Part shown: positions 1-9,805 of the stretch, piece by piece | Layout of the letters: each line of letters begins with the position of its first letter | Position numbering within the stretch: position 1 is the stretch's first letter | From: Nitrosopumilaceae archaeon | GTDB lineage: Archaea; Thermoproteota; Nitrososphaeria; Nitrososphaerales; Nitrosopumilaceae | Assembly: GCA_965209085.1 (NCBI GenBank) | Contig: OZ242376.1 | Coordinates: 64,001 to 128,000, forward strand | Length of the DNA: 64,000 nt | Direction: 5' to 3' | Notes under the pieces: model-generated | The model's input: the letters and a program-made list of their open reading frames with translations, nothing else | The model's database searches: none | Told to the model about the DNA's origin: nothing | Made by a program: the position numbers and the translations under genes

Positions 1-325
1 TGTTTCCATATCAATGCTGGCAACTTCAATTCGGCTGCGACTTGGACTGCCAATGATAAACTTGCTTAGCAAACAGGATTTGATTGTGGACATGGTTGGT
101 GAAATTATAAAATGGTCTTCAAATTTACCGGCACTGGAGAATGCAATAGCTTCTAGCACCGACGGAGAATCATATTCGCTCATAACAAACATACTTCGGG
201 GACTCAATCAGGGGGGATTCTCACAGGGACTCATTCCCATATCTAGTGTCACAGGAGAGGGAATGGTAAATCTAGAGATGGCTTTGGGCAGAATCATCAG
301 TTTAGGTGAGGAGATTGAGAGCTGA
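1..325 (+). CDS. GPN-loop (ATP_bind_1) GTPase, C-terminal part (truncated by window edge)
   Basis: Contains INLLSKQDL (G4-like) and IPISSVTGEG (G5-like) motifs; the stop overlaps the thrB start. Confidence 0.75.
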   Translation, partial: VSISMLATSIRLRLGLPMINLLSKQDLIVDMVGEIIKWSSNLPALENAIASSTDGESYSLITNILRGLNQGGFSQGLIPISSVTGEGMVNLEMALGRIISLGEEIES

Positions 326-1260
326 TGGCACTCTCATCTACTGCAAAGGCGCCCTCATCTACTGCCAATTTGGGTTCTGGATTTGATGTTTTTGGACTTG
401 GTTTGGATGCCTTTTACGACAGCGTGACTATGACAAAAAAAGGCAAGGGTATACGGATAACCAATTCGGATGGAACACCATCAAATGTTCTGCAAAATAC
501 GGCCGGAATTGTGGCAAAGAAAATGGCAACAGAATACGGTATAAAGCAGGGAATCGAGATAATCATCAAAAAAGGAGTGCCTGCCGGATTCGGTATGGGA
601 AGCAGTGCAGCCTCAGCTGCAGCTGCTGCAGTTGCATTTGACAGGCTTTTCAAGCTAAACCTGAGTTCTGATACGCTGGTCAGACATGCAGGCCAAGGGG
701 AGATCGCAAGTGCCGGTACAATACATTATGACAACGTGGCAGCATCTGTACTGGGCGGATTTGTAATCATTCGGGACAAACCGCTTCGAATAATGAGGAT
801 AGAGCCGCCCAAGGATCTTGTCCTGTGCGTAGCAATTCCCCATATTGACGTGCCAAAGAAAAAAACCAAAGTTTTGCGCAGCGTGCTGCCAAAAAAAGTC
901 CCATTTGCCGACTGTATAGAAAACATTTCAAGTGCAGCATCCATGGCCGCCGCTTTTGCCGTAAAAGATTCACAGGTGGTAGGTGAGTCAGTAAACGACG
1001 TAATTGTAGAACCGGCAAGAAAATTTGCAATTCCCGGTTTTGATCGGATTAAAAAAAATGCCATGGCAGCTGGTGCAAACGGATTTACCATAAGCGGTGC
1101 CGGTCCGTCAGTCATTGCATTCTCATCATCAGATGCCAATCTGGAAGAAATTTGCAGTGCCATGGAAAAAGGATTCCATTCGGCTAAAACCAAATGTACC
1201 GCCCTTATATGCAGACCTAGCGCCGGCGCCATACGTAAAAGGGGCTCACAAAAACGTTGA
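325..1260 (+). CDS. thrB: homoserine kinase
   Basis: APSSTANLGSGFD, GHMP motif PAGFGMGSSAAS, HYDNVA, ISGAGPS. Confidence 0.97.
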   Translation: MALSSTAKAPSSTANLGSGFDVFGLGLDAFYDSVTMTKKGKGIRITNSDGTPSNVLQNTAGIVAKKMATEYGIKQGIEIIIKKGVPAGFGMGSSAASAAAAAVAFDRLFKLNLSSDTLVRHAGQGEIASAGTIHYDNVAASVLGGFVIIRDKPLRIMRIEPPKDLVLCVAIPHIDVPKKKTKVLRSVLPKKVPFADCIENISSAASMAAAFAVKDSQVVGESVNDVIVEPARKFAIPGFDRIKKNAMAAGANGFTISGAGPSVIAFSSSDANLEEICSAMEKGFHSAKTKCTALICRPSAGAIRKRGSQKR

Positions 1261-1931
1261 AGAAAAAGGCAGTACTCGTGTACAGTGGCGGTGCAGATTC
1301 AGTCTGTGCTGCAATCATGCTTGCAGACAAATACGATGTATATGGAATAACATTCTCCTATGGCCAGCGTGCAAAACGTGAGGTGGTTGTTGCAAAAAAA
1401 CTTGCACGGCATCTGGGAATGAAAAAACACAAAATTGTAGACATTGGTTTTATGAAAGATCTCTACGGGGATGATGTCCTAACCGATCCCAAACGGGATG
1501 TTCCAGATAAATTCGATTATTCCATAGTGGTGCCCATACGTAATGCTGTCTTTTTATCGATTGCCACCGCATGGGCATATACGCTGGGAGCGCAGCTGGT
1601 AGGATACGGCGCGCATACAGGCGACATTGATTATCCGGACTGCAGACCAGCATTTGCCAAAAAACTTGCAGATACGTTCAACGTGGGTGAAAAAGACGGC
1701 ATAGAGTCAGGCTTGCGTAAAAAAATCAAAATCTGGAGTCCGTATGCAGATTCACTCTCAAAGAGTGATTTGTTAAAAGTGGGGTACAAGAAACTTGGAG
1801 GTACGCTCTTTGAGACATGGAGCTGTTATGTGAATAAAAAACTCCACTGTGGAAAATGTGAATCCTGCAACAACCGCAAAAAAGCGTTCATGCGCGCTCA
1901 CATACCGGACAAAACATCATATCTTCTCTAA
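1257..1931 (+). CDS. queC: 7-cyano-7-deazaguanine synthase
   Basis: SGGADS PP-loop, YGQR, VPIRN, YPDCRP, SCY...HCGKCESC. Confidence 0.96.
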   Translation: MKKKAVLVYSGGADSVCAAIMLADKYDVYGITFSYGQRAKREVVVAKKLARHLGMKKHKIVDIGFMKDLYGDDVLTDPKRDVPDKFDYSIVVPIRNAVFLSIATAWAYTLGAQLVGYGAHTGDIDYPDCRPAFAKKLADTFNVGEKDGIESGLRKKIKIWSPYADSLSKSDLLKVGYKKLGGTLFETWSCYVNKKLHCGKCESCNNRKKAFMRAHIPDKTSYLL

Positions 1932-2272
1932 GCAAGGGTTTTCTTTTTTAGAACAATTCTGCGCAGACCCATATACCAAATGCCAAAAAAACCGGCAAAT
2001 ATAATGTAAAAGATCCAGTTGGAGGTTGCCGCAATTTTACCCTGTACGTCCATCGGTATGTCCTGAAAAGCGCTTGTCATTACAGTGACGCCCTGCCAGG
2101 ATTCTAGCGCATCTCCGTAGCCCAATGCGGCCGCCACGTTATACAAGATGGCATCAGATATCTGCTGGGCAATTACCATTGAAGCTATAAAGACTAGGGC
2201 AAATTCTATGGCATACCAAATCCAGTTTGGCCAGGATTCGCTTGGTACACTAATGTTATCATGGGCGGTCAT
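1928..2272 (-). CDS. small membrane protein, hypothetical
   Basis: 114-aa ORF with two hydrophobic helices; co-oriented with folE and queE. Confidence 0.7.
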   Translation of the reverse strand: MTAHDNISVPSESWPNWIWYAIEFALVFIASMVIAQQISDAILYNVAAALGYGDALESWQGVTVMTSAFQDIPMDVQGKIAATSNWIFYIIFAGFFGIWYMGLRRIVLKKKTLA

Positions 2273-2312
2273 GCGACAACACCTCTAGTACACATAATTA
2301 ACATTTGGTAAA

Positions 2313-2873
2313 TCACTTCAGATTAACCCCCTTTACGGTATTGTGAATCATTGTGATAATGCTGTCTTTTTCCACCTGTTTTGCAAATATGCCACGAAAT
2401 GCGCTAGATGTCATCTCCGCACTGCTGCGAACTCCCCGCATCTTCATGCACAAATGTTCAGCCTGTGCTATAACTGCCACGCCTTTTACTTCTTGTGAAT
2501 ACAAGTCGTCTGCAATGTTTTTTGTAAGACGTTCCTGAATCTGCAGCCTTTTAGAGTATTTTTCCACTAGACGGATTAATTTTGAGACACCAAATACGCG
2601 CCCATTTGGCGAATATGCTATGTGTATTTTGCCAAAAAACGGAAGCATGTGGTGTTCACACATTGAGTAAAATTCAATATTTTGGACTATTACCGTATCT
2701 GAATCCTCTGAAAACTGTACTGCAAGCTGCGATTCACTCTCGTATCCGCCGAATATTTCCCTGTACATTTTGGCTATGCGCTGTGGCGTGTCCCGTAGGC
2801 CTTCGCGTGTGGGATCTTCGCCTATCTCTATTATCAGATTTTTTATAAGATTCTTTACCCGTTCTTCATCCAT
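2313..2873 (-). CDS. folE: GTP cyclohydrolase I
   Basis: REGLRDTPQRIAKM, SMCEHHMLPFFGK, RLQIQERLT, HLCMKMRG. Confidence 0.96.
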   Translation of the reverse strand: MDEERVKNLIKNLIIEIGEDPTREGLRDTPQRIAKMYREIFGGYESESQLAVQFSEDSDTVIVQNIEFYSMCEHHMLPFFGKIHIAYSPNGRVFGVSKLIRLVEKYSKRLQIQERLTKNIADDLYSQEVKGVAVIAQAEHLCMKMRGVRSSAEMTSSAFRGIFAKQVEKDSIITMIHNTVKGVNLK

Positions 2874-2916
2874 TAATGCACGCTAAATTTGGTCACATAT
2901 TTGAGTTATGCGGAGA

Positions 2917-3630
2917 TTAGGGAGCTCCCAGGACTTTGTGCATTTGCGGTATTACCCTGACGATTGTGTGATATTTGGCTGCCGCATCATACATCCGCAT
3001 TAAGAGGGAGAGTTTTGGTTCCGCTATGCCGTGCGTGGGTTGGATAATCAAGCCCAGTATTTTCAAAGCTCTCTTATCGGCAAATATGTCAGCAAGCATA
3101 CGCTCAAAATCGGCAAAATTTGTTTTCGAGCTTACAACAATCTTTACGTACGTCTTTTTGCCGGCCATGACGGATTGTACAAGACATTCCAAAGCTTGCG
3201 CAAATAATTTCGGATGTTGTTCGGGCGGCACAAATCCGGATTCGATGGTTTTGAATTCAACCTTTGCCATGTCTATAAACGGTAGCACGTGTGAAAATCT
3301 TTTTGCATCAAAACATGAGGATTCCAGATAGGTTGGCATGTTTTTGGACTGGGCAAATTTTGCCATTTTAGCTACTGCCTCGTGTTGTATGAGTGGGTCT
3401 CCTCCGGTAAAATTGATTTTATAGGTGCCCGGCTGCAGTTCTTTTTCCATCATATCACATGCTTTATCCATATCAAATTCAGTTCCAGAATCCAGCGGAA
3501 GTGAATCCAGAGTGTCGCAGTAAAAACATCCGTAAGGGCATCCGGCAAGGCGTACAAAAAGAGTTTTTGTCCCGCAGAAAATTCCTTCGCCCTCTATAGA
3601 GGTAAATATCTCAGTTATTCTTACTTTCAC
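2917..3630 (-). CDS. queE: 7-carboxy-7-deazaguanine synthase (radical SAM)
   Basis: EIFTSIEGEG, FVRLAGCxxxCxxCDT, TGGDP, C-terminal IPQMHK. Confidence 0.93.
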   Translation of the reverse strand: MKVRITEIFTSIEGEGIFCGTKTLFVRLAGCPYGCFYCDTLDSLPLDSGTEFDMDKACDMMEKELQPGTYKINFTGGDPLIQHEAVAKMAKFAQSKNMPTYLESSCFDAKRFSHVLPFIDMAKVEFKTIESGFVPPEQHPKLFAQALECLVQSVMAGKKTYVKIVVSSKTNFADFERMLADIFADKRALKILGLIIQPTHGIAEPKLSLLMRMYDAAAKYHTIVRVIPQMHKVLGAP

Positions 3631-3678
3631 AGCACTGATGGATTTGTCTGATTATTTATTCACTGATGTGATCCAAGT

Positions 3679-3873
3679 CTAATGCATTACCGGATGTTTT
3701 GTATAAAAAAGACCAGATATGAAAAAAACCACTCCAAGCATGCCGATAAGACTGCCGACAAATTCAATGGTAGAGGCAATTTCTGCATCATATTGAGGCA
3801 TAAACAGGGCAATTAACGCGCCGACCACTATCATTGGAATTCCAATACCAATTGATAATGTCTTTGATGCCAT
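3679..3873 (-). CDS. small 2-TM membrane protein, hypothetical
   Basis: Probable start MASKTLSIG at 3873; two hydrophobic helices. Confidence 0.65.
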   Translation of the reverse strand: MASKTLSIGIGIPMIVVGALIALFMPQYDAEIASTIEFVGSLIGMLGVVFFISGLFYTKHPVMH

Positions 3874-3981
3874 ATGCTGCCCTTGAATGAAAATTATATG
3901 AAGTTTGGCTTTGATGTAATTTTGCAACAGATACGGTCTTTTCAAAAAGATCGGCAACGACTTTAATAATAACGGAGGAGT

Positions 3982-4503
3982 ATGGCGCATATGGTCGGAT
4001 TTTTTAACAAAGACAATGACGGGGGCAATTATGGAACCGCAGAGGCGGATGGCAATCCAAACTCAGAACGTGTCAAGGCGGATGAACAGACACAAAAGTT
4101 TGAGCAATCGCAGGATGGACAGACTACAGGTTCCGTAGTTGGAATAGACGGCTTGATGGACAAGCGGGTAAAACTTGAAGAATCAATAAACTATGTAGGC
4201 CACATGATAAAGACCCTAAAGGACAAAAGGGCACGGCTGGAAAAAGACGTTGAAGAAGAAGCCGTAGACATCAAAAATCTCAGGGAGCAGTTGATTAAGA
4301 TCAGGGAATATATTGACGAGGAAAACAAGGGGATTGAAAATCTCACTAAAAAACGCTCCCAGATAGAATCCGAAGCCGACGAGGTACGCGGTATAATCGG
4401 CAATTTTACAGAGATGATCTCCGGAATAGATGGCATGGTAAACAAGGAAAAAGAGAAAATTGCACAGTTTAAGAAATCAATTGAAGATCAAAATTCTACA
4501 TAA
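3982..4503 (+). CDS. coiled-coil protein, hypothetical
   Basis: Disordered N-terminus followed by long heptad-rich E/K/I/L helix. Confidence 0.7.
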   Translation: MAHMVGFFNKDNDGGNYGTAEADGNPNSERVKADEQTQKFEQSQDGQTTGSVVGIDGLMDKRVKLEESINYVGHMIKTLKDKRARLEKDVEEEAVDIKNLREQLIKIREYIDEENKGIENLTKKRSQIESEADEVRGIIGNFTEMISGIDGMVNKEKEKIAQFKKSIEDQNST

Positions 4504-5140
4504 ATTTGTTCGGGGTCTCTACAGACTGATCCAAATCTGAGGGCATGGTCGGAAATTTTGAATCCGCTGTATTTTCTGCCACAGCAGCTGCTTCCTGGAG
4601 TATCTTTTCTGATTCTTCCGTAGTTGTCGCATCTGTTCCAAAACTTGAATCACTGGTAAAGGTGTCAGTCATCATGCCTCCGAGCATTTCAGCCATCTTG
4701 CCAATCTCCTGATCTGCTCCTGGCATGAATTTTGTCAGAGAGGATTTCATTCCGTGCATTAGGCCTATTGTGGGCATTATTGCCACGATTGTGTCTCCAA
4801 GATCGTGCGTTGTCGAGAGACGTAATTCTATTTGTTCCAATGCAATGCGCGCGTTACCCAAAACTTTTGAAACTTTACGCACTTCGACAAGCTCGCTTGA
4901 GAGTACTTTGCTTGTATGAGCATCGTGTTGCTGCGTTGCTTCAACTATTTTTTTAAAAATTTTAGCGTCACGGTCTGCCAGTTTTACAAGCATGCCATCC
5001 AATTTTGTTACCTGTTTTTGCAGACGCACTATTGCAGCCTGTACCCTTGGTTTTAAGGGACCTTTGGGTTTTAGTGCATCGGAGAATCTCTCCGTCATTC
5101 CCGGTGTTGCCGGCTTTGCCCACTTGTTCTGAAACGTCAC
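4496..5140 (-). CDS. cdvB: ESCRT-III / Snf7 family protein (CdvB paralogue)
   Basis: PLKPRVQAAIVRLQKQ...LEQIELRLST..DLGD, acidic C-terminal EESEKILQEAAAVAE; thaumarchaeal CdvB pattern. Confidence 0.88.
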   Translation of the reverse strand: MTFQNKWAKPATPGMTERFSDALKPKGPLKPRVQAAIVRLQKQVTKLDGMLVKLADRDAKIFKKIVEATQQHDAHTSKVLSSELVEVRKVSKVLGNARIALEQIELRLSTTHDLGDTIVAIMPTIGLMHGMKSSLTKFMPGADQEIGKMAEMLGGMMTDTFTSDSSFGTDATTTEESEKILQEAAAVAENTADSKFPTMPSDLDQSVETPNKFM

Positions 5141-5229
5141 AATGGAAACTTGACAAATCAGTTCTTAACTGGAATTGTGAATTTTGATCGACAAAGCATT
5201 AAAAATATTCAACCAAGGGCGTATTGTGC

Positions 5230-5388
5230 CTATGTGATTGTTGCTTTTTTGATCACAAGTGAATCGCTTTTAAGAAATATCCTAACGTAGTCGCCCTTTT
5301 GCATGTCCATGTGTTTGCGAAATTGTTTTGGAACCGTAACTGTGCCTGCAGAAGTAATTTTTACCATCACATATTCATCATCGGACAT
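5230..5388 (-). CDS. AbrB/MazE/SpoVT-family DNA-binding protein (52 aa, below ORF-track cutoff)
   Basis: Hand translation: MSDDEYVMVKITSAGTVTVPKQFRKHMDMQKGDYVRIFLKSDSLVIKKATIT; matches the swapped-hairpin pattern KI...G.VT.PK..R...GD. Confidence 0.85.
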   Translation of the reverse strand: MSDDEYVMVKITSAGTVTVPKQFRKHMDMQKGDYVRIFLKSDSLVIKKATIT

Positions 5389-5433
5389 TAATAATTATAA
5401 ATATAATAATATAATATAATGTTTTATAATTAA

Positions 5434-6951
5434 CTAGAGTGGCTCTATTGTAGCAGGCGGTTTGCTTGATACAGCATATGTAACCCATGTAACTTCTTCA
5501 ATTTCGTTTGTTATACGTCTGGACATTTTGTCCAGTATCTCATGCGGTATGCGCGCCCAGTCCGCAGTCATCGCATCCACAGAGCTGACTATGCGGATTG
5601 TAACAATTCGTCCATACCTTCGTTCATCACCGACTACTCCAACGGCCCGGTCATCCCCCACCAACGCATACGCCTGCCATACGTCATCGTACATACAGGC
5701 AGAACGCATCTCATCTTCCACTATTGCACTTGCGGTTCTGCATATGGCAAGTTTTTCCTCCGTCACTTCCCCGATTATTCTCACTGCAAGGCCAGGACCT
5801 GGAAACGGATGGCGTTTGCATATGTGTTCGGGAATGTCAAGCACTTTTGCTATTTTTCTAACCTCGTCTTTGTACAGATCCCGCAACGGTTCAAGCAGTT
5901 TTAGGTTCAGCCAGTCCGGCAGCCCTCCCACGTTGTGGTGTGATTTTATAACCGCAGCGGGTCCTTTTGAGACTCCGCTTTCTATAATGTCCGGATACAG
6001 CGTTCCCTGTGCAAGCCATTCAAAATTCCCGTTTTTGGCATAATTGGAAAATTCTTCAACAAATGCCTCCCCTATTATTTTTCTTTTCTCTTCTGGATCG
6101 GTTTTCCCGCAAAGTTTTTGCAGAAATTTTTCTGCTGCGTCAATAAAAGTGAAATTAACACCAAAATTTTCCACAAACATTTTTTGTACCTGTTCTGCTT
6201 CCCCACGACGCAGCAGGCCGTTGTCTATAAAGACGCATTTTAGTCTCTCACCCACTGCCTTGTGCATCAGCAGGGCAGCCACGGTCGAATCAATACCGCC
6301 GCTGACGCCACATAAAATGTCCCCTTTTATCGATGAGATTTGCTCGATGGATGTTTTTACAAACGAATCCATGGTCCATTCTTTTTTTGCTCCGCATATG
6401 TTTACTACAAAATTTTCCAATATTTTCGAGCCCTGTTCTGTATGGGCAACTTCCGGGTGAAACTGCAGGCCAAATACGGGTTTTGATTCTGAAACTATGG
6501 CAGCTGCTGCGGAATTTTCTGTGCTGCCTATGACCTTGAATCCGGATGGAATTTTTTCTGCCTCATCGCCGTGGCTCATCCACGCAGTTATTTGCCCTCC
6601 AAGACCGTCAAATATGGAGTTTCTCTGCATGTTCAACGTTGATGCACCGTATTCCTTGTTTGCCCGCTTTATGCTGCCGCCGTGTTTTTCCACCACAAGC
6701 TGATGGCCATAACATATGCCTAAAATTGGAATACCCATGTCAAATACGTCAAAATCAGGTTTGGGCGCATTCTGTTCATATACGCTGGCAGGACCGCCTG
6801 AGAATATCAGACCCTTGGGGGAGAGATCCTTGATTTTATCAATGGGCGTGCCGTACGGTAAAAGCTCTGCATATACTGCAAAATCACGTATTCTTCTGCA
6901 TATGAGATGACTGTACTGGGAGCCAAAATCCAACACTGCTATTTTGTCCAT
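5434..6951 (-). CDS. guaA: GMP synthase (glutamine-hydrolysing), fused form
   Basis: DFGSQY, GICYG, QFHPEV, SGGIDS, IKSHHNVGGLP, SKPPATIE. Confidence 0.98.
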   Translation of the reverse strand: MDKIAVLDFGSQYSHLICRRIRDFAVYAELLPYGTPIDKIKDLSPKGLIFSGGPASVYEQNAPKPDFDVFDMGIPILGICYGHQLVVEKHGGSIKRANKEYGASTLNMQRNSIFDGLGGQITAWMSHGDEAEKIPSGFKVIGSTENSAAAAIVSESKPVFGLQFHPEVAHTEQGSKILENFVVNICGAKKEWTMDSFVKTSIEQISSIKGDILCGVSGGIDSTVAALLMHKAVGERLKCVFIDNGLLRRGEAEQVQKMFVENFGVNFTFIDAAEKFLQKLCGKTDPEEKRKIIGEAFVEEFSNYAKNGNFEWLAQGTLYPDIIESGVSKGPAAVIKSHHNVGGLPDWLNLKLLEPLRDLYKDEVRKIAKVLDIPEHICKRHPFPGPGLAVRIIGEVTEEKLAICRTASAIVEDEMRSACMYDDVWQAYALVGDDRAVGVVGDERRYGRIVTIRIVSSVDAMTADWARIPHEILDKMSRRITNEIEEVTWVTYAVSSKPPATIEPL

Positions 6952-6955
6952 GCAA

Positions 6956-7537
6956 TCATCTGCTCGTGTTTTCTAGCATTTTATTAAGAGACCAGGTGGC
7001 AGTGTTGATTATCTCCATGGCTCTTTGATGGCTATGATAGTTTTCAATTATAATTTCGCGCATTGTAGAACCGGTCTTGTTTATCGTATAATCGATGGTT
7101 TTTTGATCCGCGTCCTGAACTGTAGCATCTTTTTTCTTCATATCGGCCATAACCCTGTCAAGAAAATACGACTGGAACGGCGGAATTGTCTGTTCCAAAT
7201 CCAAATCTTCGTCCAGTATTATGGCCAACTTGTCCGGCGTCAGATATGCGTTTGCGATGACGCGTCCGCTGGAGGGATTTTTCATTGGAATACTCTCAGA
7301 ATCATCAGTTTTAGTTTTAATTTCAGTTTCTTTGGCTTTGGGTTTTTCAGGTTCAATCTGTATTGAGGATGCTTTTGTGAAACTGGACTGTTTTAAGAGC
7401 AGGTCTACGGTCTGGAGATTTTCTTCTAAAAACACCAGTTCTTCTTTTGTGGCGTCCATTTTTTGTTCTATTTTGTCCCGCAGCTGGGTCAGCTCGCGTA
7501 TTTTTTCTGGCGACTGCATACTGTAAAATAATCGCAT
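6956..7537 (-). CDS. hypothetical protein (N-terminal coiled coil)
   Basis: 193-aa ORF in an operon-like arrangement with guaA. Confidence 0.7.
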   Translation of the reverse strand: MRLFYSMQSPEKIRELTQLRDKIEQKMDATKEELVFLEENLQTVDLLLKQSSFTKASSIQIEPEKPKAKETEIKTKTDDSESIPMKNPSSGRVIANAYLTPDKLAIILDEDLDLEQTIPPFQSYFLDRVMADMKKKDATVQDADQKTIDYTINKTGSTMREIIIENYHSHQRAMEIINTATWSLNKMLENTSR

Positions 7538-7599
7538 GGGTATTAAAAACGCACGGTGGAGATACAGCTGATGCTAGGTTGTGATCTGGTGATGATATT

Positions 7600-8331
7600 T
7601 TATCCAAGCAGGTTCAGGCAATCGTGTCTGACGTTCTCAAATCCCTCGATTTTACCCGATGTCGTATACAGACGGCTTTTGGATCTTTTGGCAAGCCATT
7701 CCAAAAGTATTTTGGCATGTCGCAGTTTTGCCGCCTTTGTATGCATGTCCTTACGAGCCGTGGACGAATGCGAGCCTATACGGTCTCCAAGATCCATTCC
7801 AAACAGTATGATTTTTTCAGCTCCGAGGGATTCTGCTAAAAATACGCACCTGTCACCGTCGGTAAATCCGCCATAATTACGAACGTGTCCCACGGGTTTG
7901 CCCTGTGTGCTGGCAGCAGCTTTTGCAAATTTTTTTGCCGCAGGCAGCGCATCCATGTTGTCCCCGTGTGCATGCACTAACATCAACGAGCCTGAATCTG
8001 CCGCCTTTTGCAGTGCATCTGCATTGCCGTCAAGGTCGGTCAGTACGATATCAGGTATGATGCCAGCTTTTAATGCGGCTTTTACTGCGCTGTCTGCCAC
8101 GATCTTTGTTGCACGCATTTTACACGCGGTTTGTATTGTCCTGTTCAAAGACGGACCCGCTCCTATGACAAATACGGTTTTGTCCATGATCAAACGGCGG
8201 AATTTGTTCTCTGGAACGGGTTTTTTGATTATTTCGTTTAGGATTTTTGCAGCTTTTGTATCGGCTGATTTCAAATATCCAAACTCCTTTAGCAGTTCTG
8301 AATATCGCGCATACCATCCCCTTATTGGCAT
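7600..8331 (-). CDS. mptE: 6-hydroxymethyl-7,8-dihydropterin pyrophosphokinase (MptE/DUF115)
   Basis: VIGAGPSL, TDLDG, VHAHGDN, YGGFTDGDR, FGMD; divergent from folP. Confidence 0.88.
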   Translation of the reverse strand: MPIRGWYARYSELLKEFGYLKSADTKAAKILNEIIKKPVPENKFRRLIMDKTVFVIGAGPSLNRTIQTACKMRATKIVADSAVKAALKAGIIPDIVLTDLDGNADALQKAADSGSLMLVHAHGDNMDALPAAKKFAKAAASTQGKPVGHVRNYGGFTDGDRCVFLAESLGAEKIILFGMDLGDRIGSHSSTARKDMHTKAAKLRHAKILLEWLAKRSKSRLYTTSGKIEGFENVRHDCLNLLG

Positions 8332-8364
8332 AACCTAATTTGTAGGGAGATTGTCTTAAACCCT

Positions 8365-9204
8365 GTGAACAGACTAGGTTCAGCTGCAATCAAAAAAGGA
8401 CACACACTCATCATGGGAATAATCAATGCCTCACCGGAGTCATTTTATTCGGACTCGGTACGCACTAGCGGCGCTAGCATATCTGCCCTGGCCCGCAAAA
8501 TGCAAAACGACGGGGCAGACATTATAGATATCGGCGGCATGTCCACTGCGCCATATCTGAAGACGATGGTAAAACCTCAATTGGAATTACGCAGAATGAT
8601 CAAAGCGGTAAAAGCCGTACGTGCCGCATGCTCACTTCCTGTCTCCGCGGATACGTGCAGAGCCGACGTTGCCGAAGCTGCGTTGGATGCTGGTGCTAGC
8701 ATCATAAACGACGTAACCGGGCTGCGGTATGATTCGCATATGAGCGCACTCATAGGCAGGTACAGACCCTCACTGGTGCTGTGCGCATATGGCGGTTCTA
8801 CGCACAGGGGAAACGGTCTTGGAACGGATGTCTCCTCACTGCTCAAATACAGTGTAAAGATGGCACTCAAAGCCGGATCGCGTAGCAACCAAATTACGAT
8901 AGATCCTGCCATTGGTTTCTTTCGACGCTCCTCAAAATCGCCATTTTTTACAAAAACAAGCTCCGAGCAGATCAAGAGGGATATTTTGGTGCTTAAAGAA
9001 TTAAAAAATATAGGAAGTATGCCGGTATTGGTTTCAGTTTCGCGCAAATCATTTCTTGGCAGCTTTCTTGGATCCTCAAATCCAAAAAGCCGGCTTCCAA
9101 GTTCGCTTGCGTGTGAAATGTTTGCAATACGTTGCGGTGCTAGCATAATACGCACACACAATGTACGTGAGAGCCGCATTGTAGCTGACATGTCACACGG
9201 GTAA
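8365..9204 (+). CDS. folP: dihydropteroate synthase
   Basis: IMGIINASPESF, DIIDIGGMSTAP, INDVTG, IDPAIGF, VSRKSFLG, IIRTHNV. Confidence 0.95.
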   Translation: MNRLGSAAIKKGHTLIMGIINASPESFYSDSVRTSGASISALARKMQNDGADIIDIGGMSTAPYLKTMVKPQLELRRMIKAVKAVRAACSLPVSADTCRADVAEAALDAGASIINDVTGLRYDSHMSALIGRYRPSLVLCAYGGSTHRGNGLGTDVSSLLKYSVKMALKAGSRSNQITIDPAIGFFRRSSKSPFFTKTSSEQIKRDILVLKELKNIGSMPVLVSVSRKSFLGSFLGSSNPKSRLPSSLACEMFAIRCGASIIRTHNVRESRIVADMSHG

Positions 9205-9276
9205 TTGCGTTCAAAACCATTGATTATAATCCAAATTTCTGACAATCTTTTTATCACATATGATCCGCAGGAGAAT

Positions 9277-9714
9277 ATGAAAAAAGTAGTTTACGGCGGA
9301 ATAGGAGTGGCAATTGCCCTGGTTATCATACTGATGTTAAGATCGGCGGCATTTGATGCCACGCCCGGTACGAATTTTGCATACCATACGCTCCTGTCAG
9401 GAGATGAGGATTATAAATCCGGAGTGTACACTGAAAATTTTGATTTATCCGCAGGAAAATATACGGTCAGGTTCATAGCAAGCGGAAGCAGTCCGGAACA
9501 GATCACGATAAATCTTGATGGCAAAACGCTTTTGTTTTCAGAAAATTACAAACTGCAAAGCATTTCTCATAAATCACCAATATCCGAGTATTATACATGG
9601 AATTATGACGGTGTTGAAATGTTTCACAATCCAGAGGGGCAGGCAGTAGAGATTACCATAAACCCGCACGGAAGCACGGATGGTACCGTATCTGTCATGC
9701 TTGAAAAAAGATAA
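9277..9714 (+). CDS. membrane-anchored/secreted hypothetical protein
   Basis: Probable start MKKVVYGG at 9277 with N-terminal hydrophobic helix and beta-rich domain. Confidence 0.7.
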   Translation: MKKVVYGGIGVAIALVIILMLRSAAFDATPGTNFAYHTLLSGDEDYKSGVYTENFDLSAGKYTVRFIASGSSPEQITINLDGKTLLFSENYKLQSISHKSPISEYYTWNYDGVEMFHNPEGQAVEITINPHGSTDGTVSVMLEKR

Positions 9715-9718
9715 TGTC

Positions 9719-9805
9719 GGCGTGATCCCTCTATTGTAGAACCTTTGGAGATTTCCTCCTCTGTCGGATTAATCCAACACGATTATTGTTCTACGGGATC
9801 ACGCT
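9719..9805. ncRNA. candidate structured non-coding RNA (three-way junction)
   Basis: Nested complementary segments GCGTGATCCC/GGGATCACGC, GTAGAAC/GTTCTAC, GGAG/CTCC, TGTCGGA/TCCAACA in an ORF-free, GC-richer intergenic patch. Confidence 0.55.

Noticed and set aside
1257-3630. queC/folE/queE as a 7-deazaguanine DNA-modification (Dpd) system
   Set aside because: No dpdA/tgt-like or other dpd genes nearby; the housekeeping context fits archaeosine precursor synthesis
5389-5433. ATAAT tandem-like repeats
   Set aside because: Low-complexity AT-rich promoter/terminator DNA with no specific structure
7589-7631. Possible C/D box sRNA (GTGATGA...CTGA)
   Set aside because: Only 43 nt, no internal D'/C' boxes, and mostly antisense to the mptE 3' end
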